NCBI GenBank assembly: GCA_963722255.1
Contig: CAVRJO010000002.1
Span: 416,001 to 480,000, forward strand
DNA length: 64,000 bases
Direction of reading: 5' to 3'
Source of the DNA: Candidatus Babeliales bacterium
Lineage (GTDB): Bacteria > Babelota > Babeliae > Babelales > JANWKD01
The notes beneath the pieces are model-generated. The model did no database searches. It saw nothing but the letters and a program-made list of their open reading frames with translations, and was not told the origin of the DNA. Each line of letters opens with the position of its first letter. Positions within the stretch are counted from its first letter, which is position 1. Position numbers and translations under genes: made by a program. Shown piece by piece: positions 63,794-64,000 of this stretch.

Positions 63794-64000
63794 CGAGCAT
63801 TCGGTCCATCTTCATTTGGTAGCAAAGCGCGTACATTAGGAACTCAAGCTCGTGAATTTGCGGGCAGACATCGTGGAAAACTATGGGCTACTGGAGCTGC
63901 AGCAGGTGCTGCCGGAGCTGTCGCTGCAGGCTATGGCATTAGAAAAGGAATTTCTGAAAAAGAAATGGAAGATAATGTATTGAAACTGATTTCCACGACC
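63602..64000 (+). CDS. Array member 3, partial (runs off the window)
   Basis: MKHLKIIALLLIVMSQTFMLQSAYRRAGATATRGYFSRT...GKLWATGAAAGAAGAVAAGYG; near-identical 5' region to 62553. Confidence 0.85.
   Translation, partial: MKHLKIIALLLIVMSQTFMLQSAYRRAGATATRGYFSRTSGAARSLTTETGAISRTPVSCPNVGRAFGPSSFGSKARTLGTQAREFAGRHRGKLWATGAAAGAAGAVAAGYGIRKGISEKEMEDNVLKLISTT

Overview
AT-rich bacterial chromosome segment. Gene content suggests an intracellular protist parasite such as Candidatus Dependentiae/Babelota (inference): secreted proteins with eukaryote-type C2H2 and MYND fingers, Cys-rich exported beta-proteins, and scattered housekeeping genes. Core genes include lon, tilS, metG, potABCD, an Omp85 gene, gltX, rpsU, rbfA, pilD, a type IV pilin, a folC-like gene and atpI-atpB-atpE. 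Several genes, including essential metG, are broken by indels, most likely long-read consensus errors. Main points of interest: (1) three paralogous secreted, Cys-Cys-studded fibre proteins built from 7/11/14/15/18-residue FNGTFT modules, in and near a 15-kb surface-protein locus (head-domain proteins, beta-helix protein, putative outer-membrane barrel, giant Cys-rich protein), with one fibre cut from its head domain by a single in-frame TAA; (2) a tandem array of secreted proteins whose signal peptide is followed by a mitochondrial-presequence-like segment; (3) recently duplicated secreted C2H2 zinc-finger genes that differ at DNA-contact positions, with a readable duplication junction; (4) a four-hairpin fused ATP synthase c subunit (E/Q/E/D); (5) small-scale DNA structure: nested palindromic elements, an IS630 inserted into a hairpin, a cassette bounded by a duplicated Omp85 3' end, and an internally deleted toxin gene. 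No rRNA, tRNA or CRISPR array was seen. No database searches were run.
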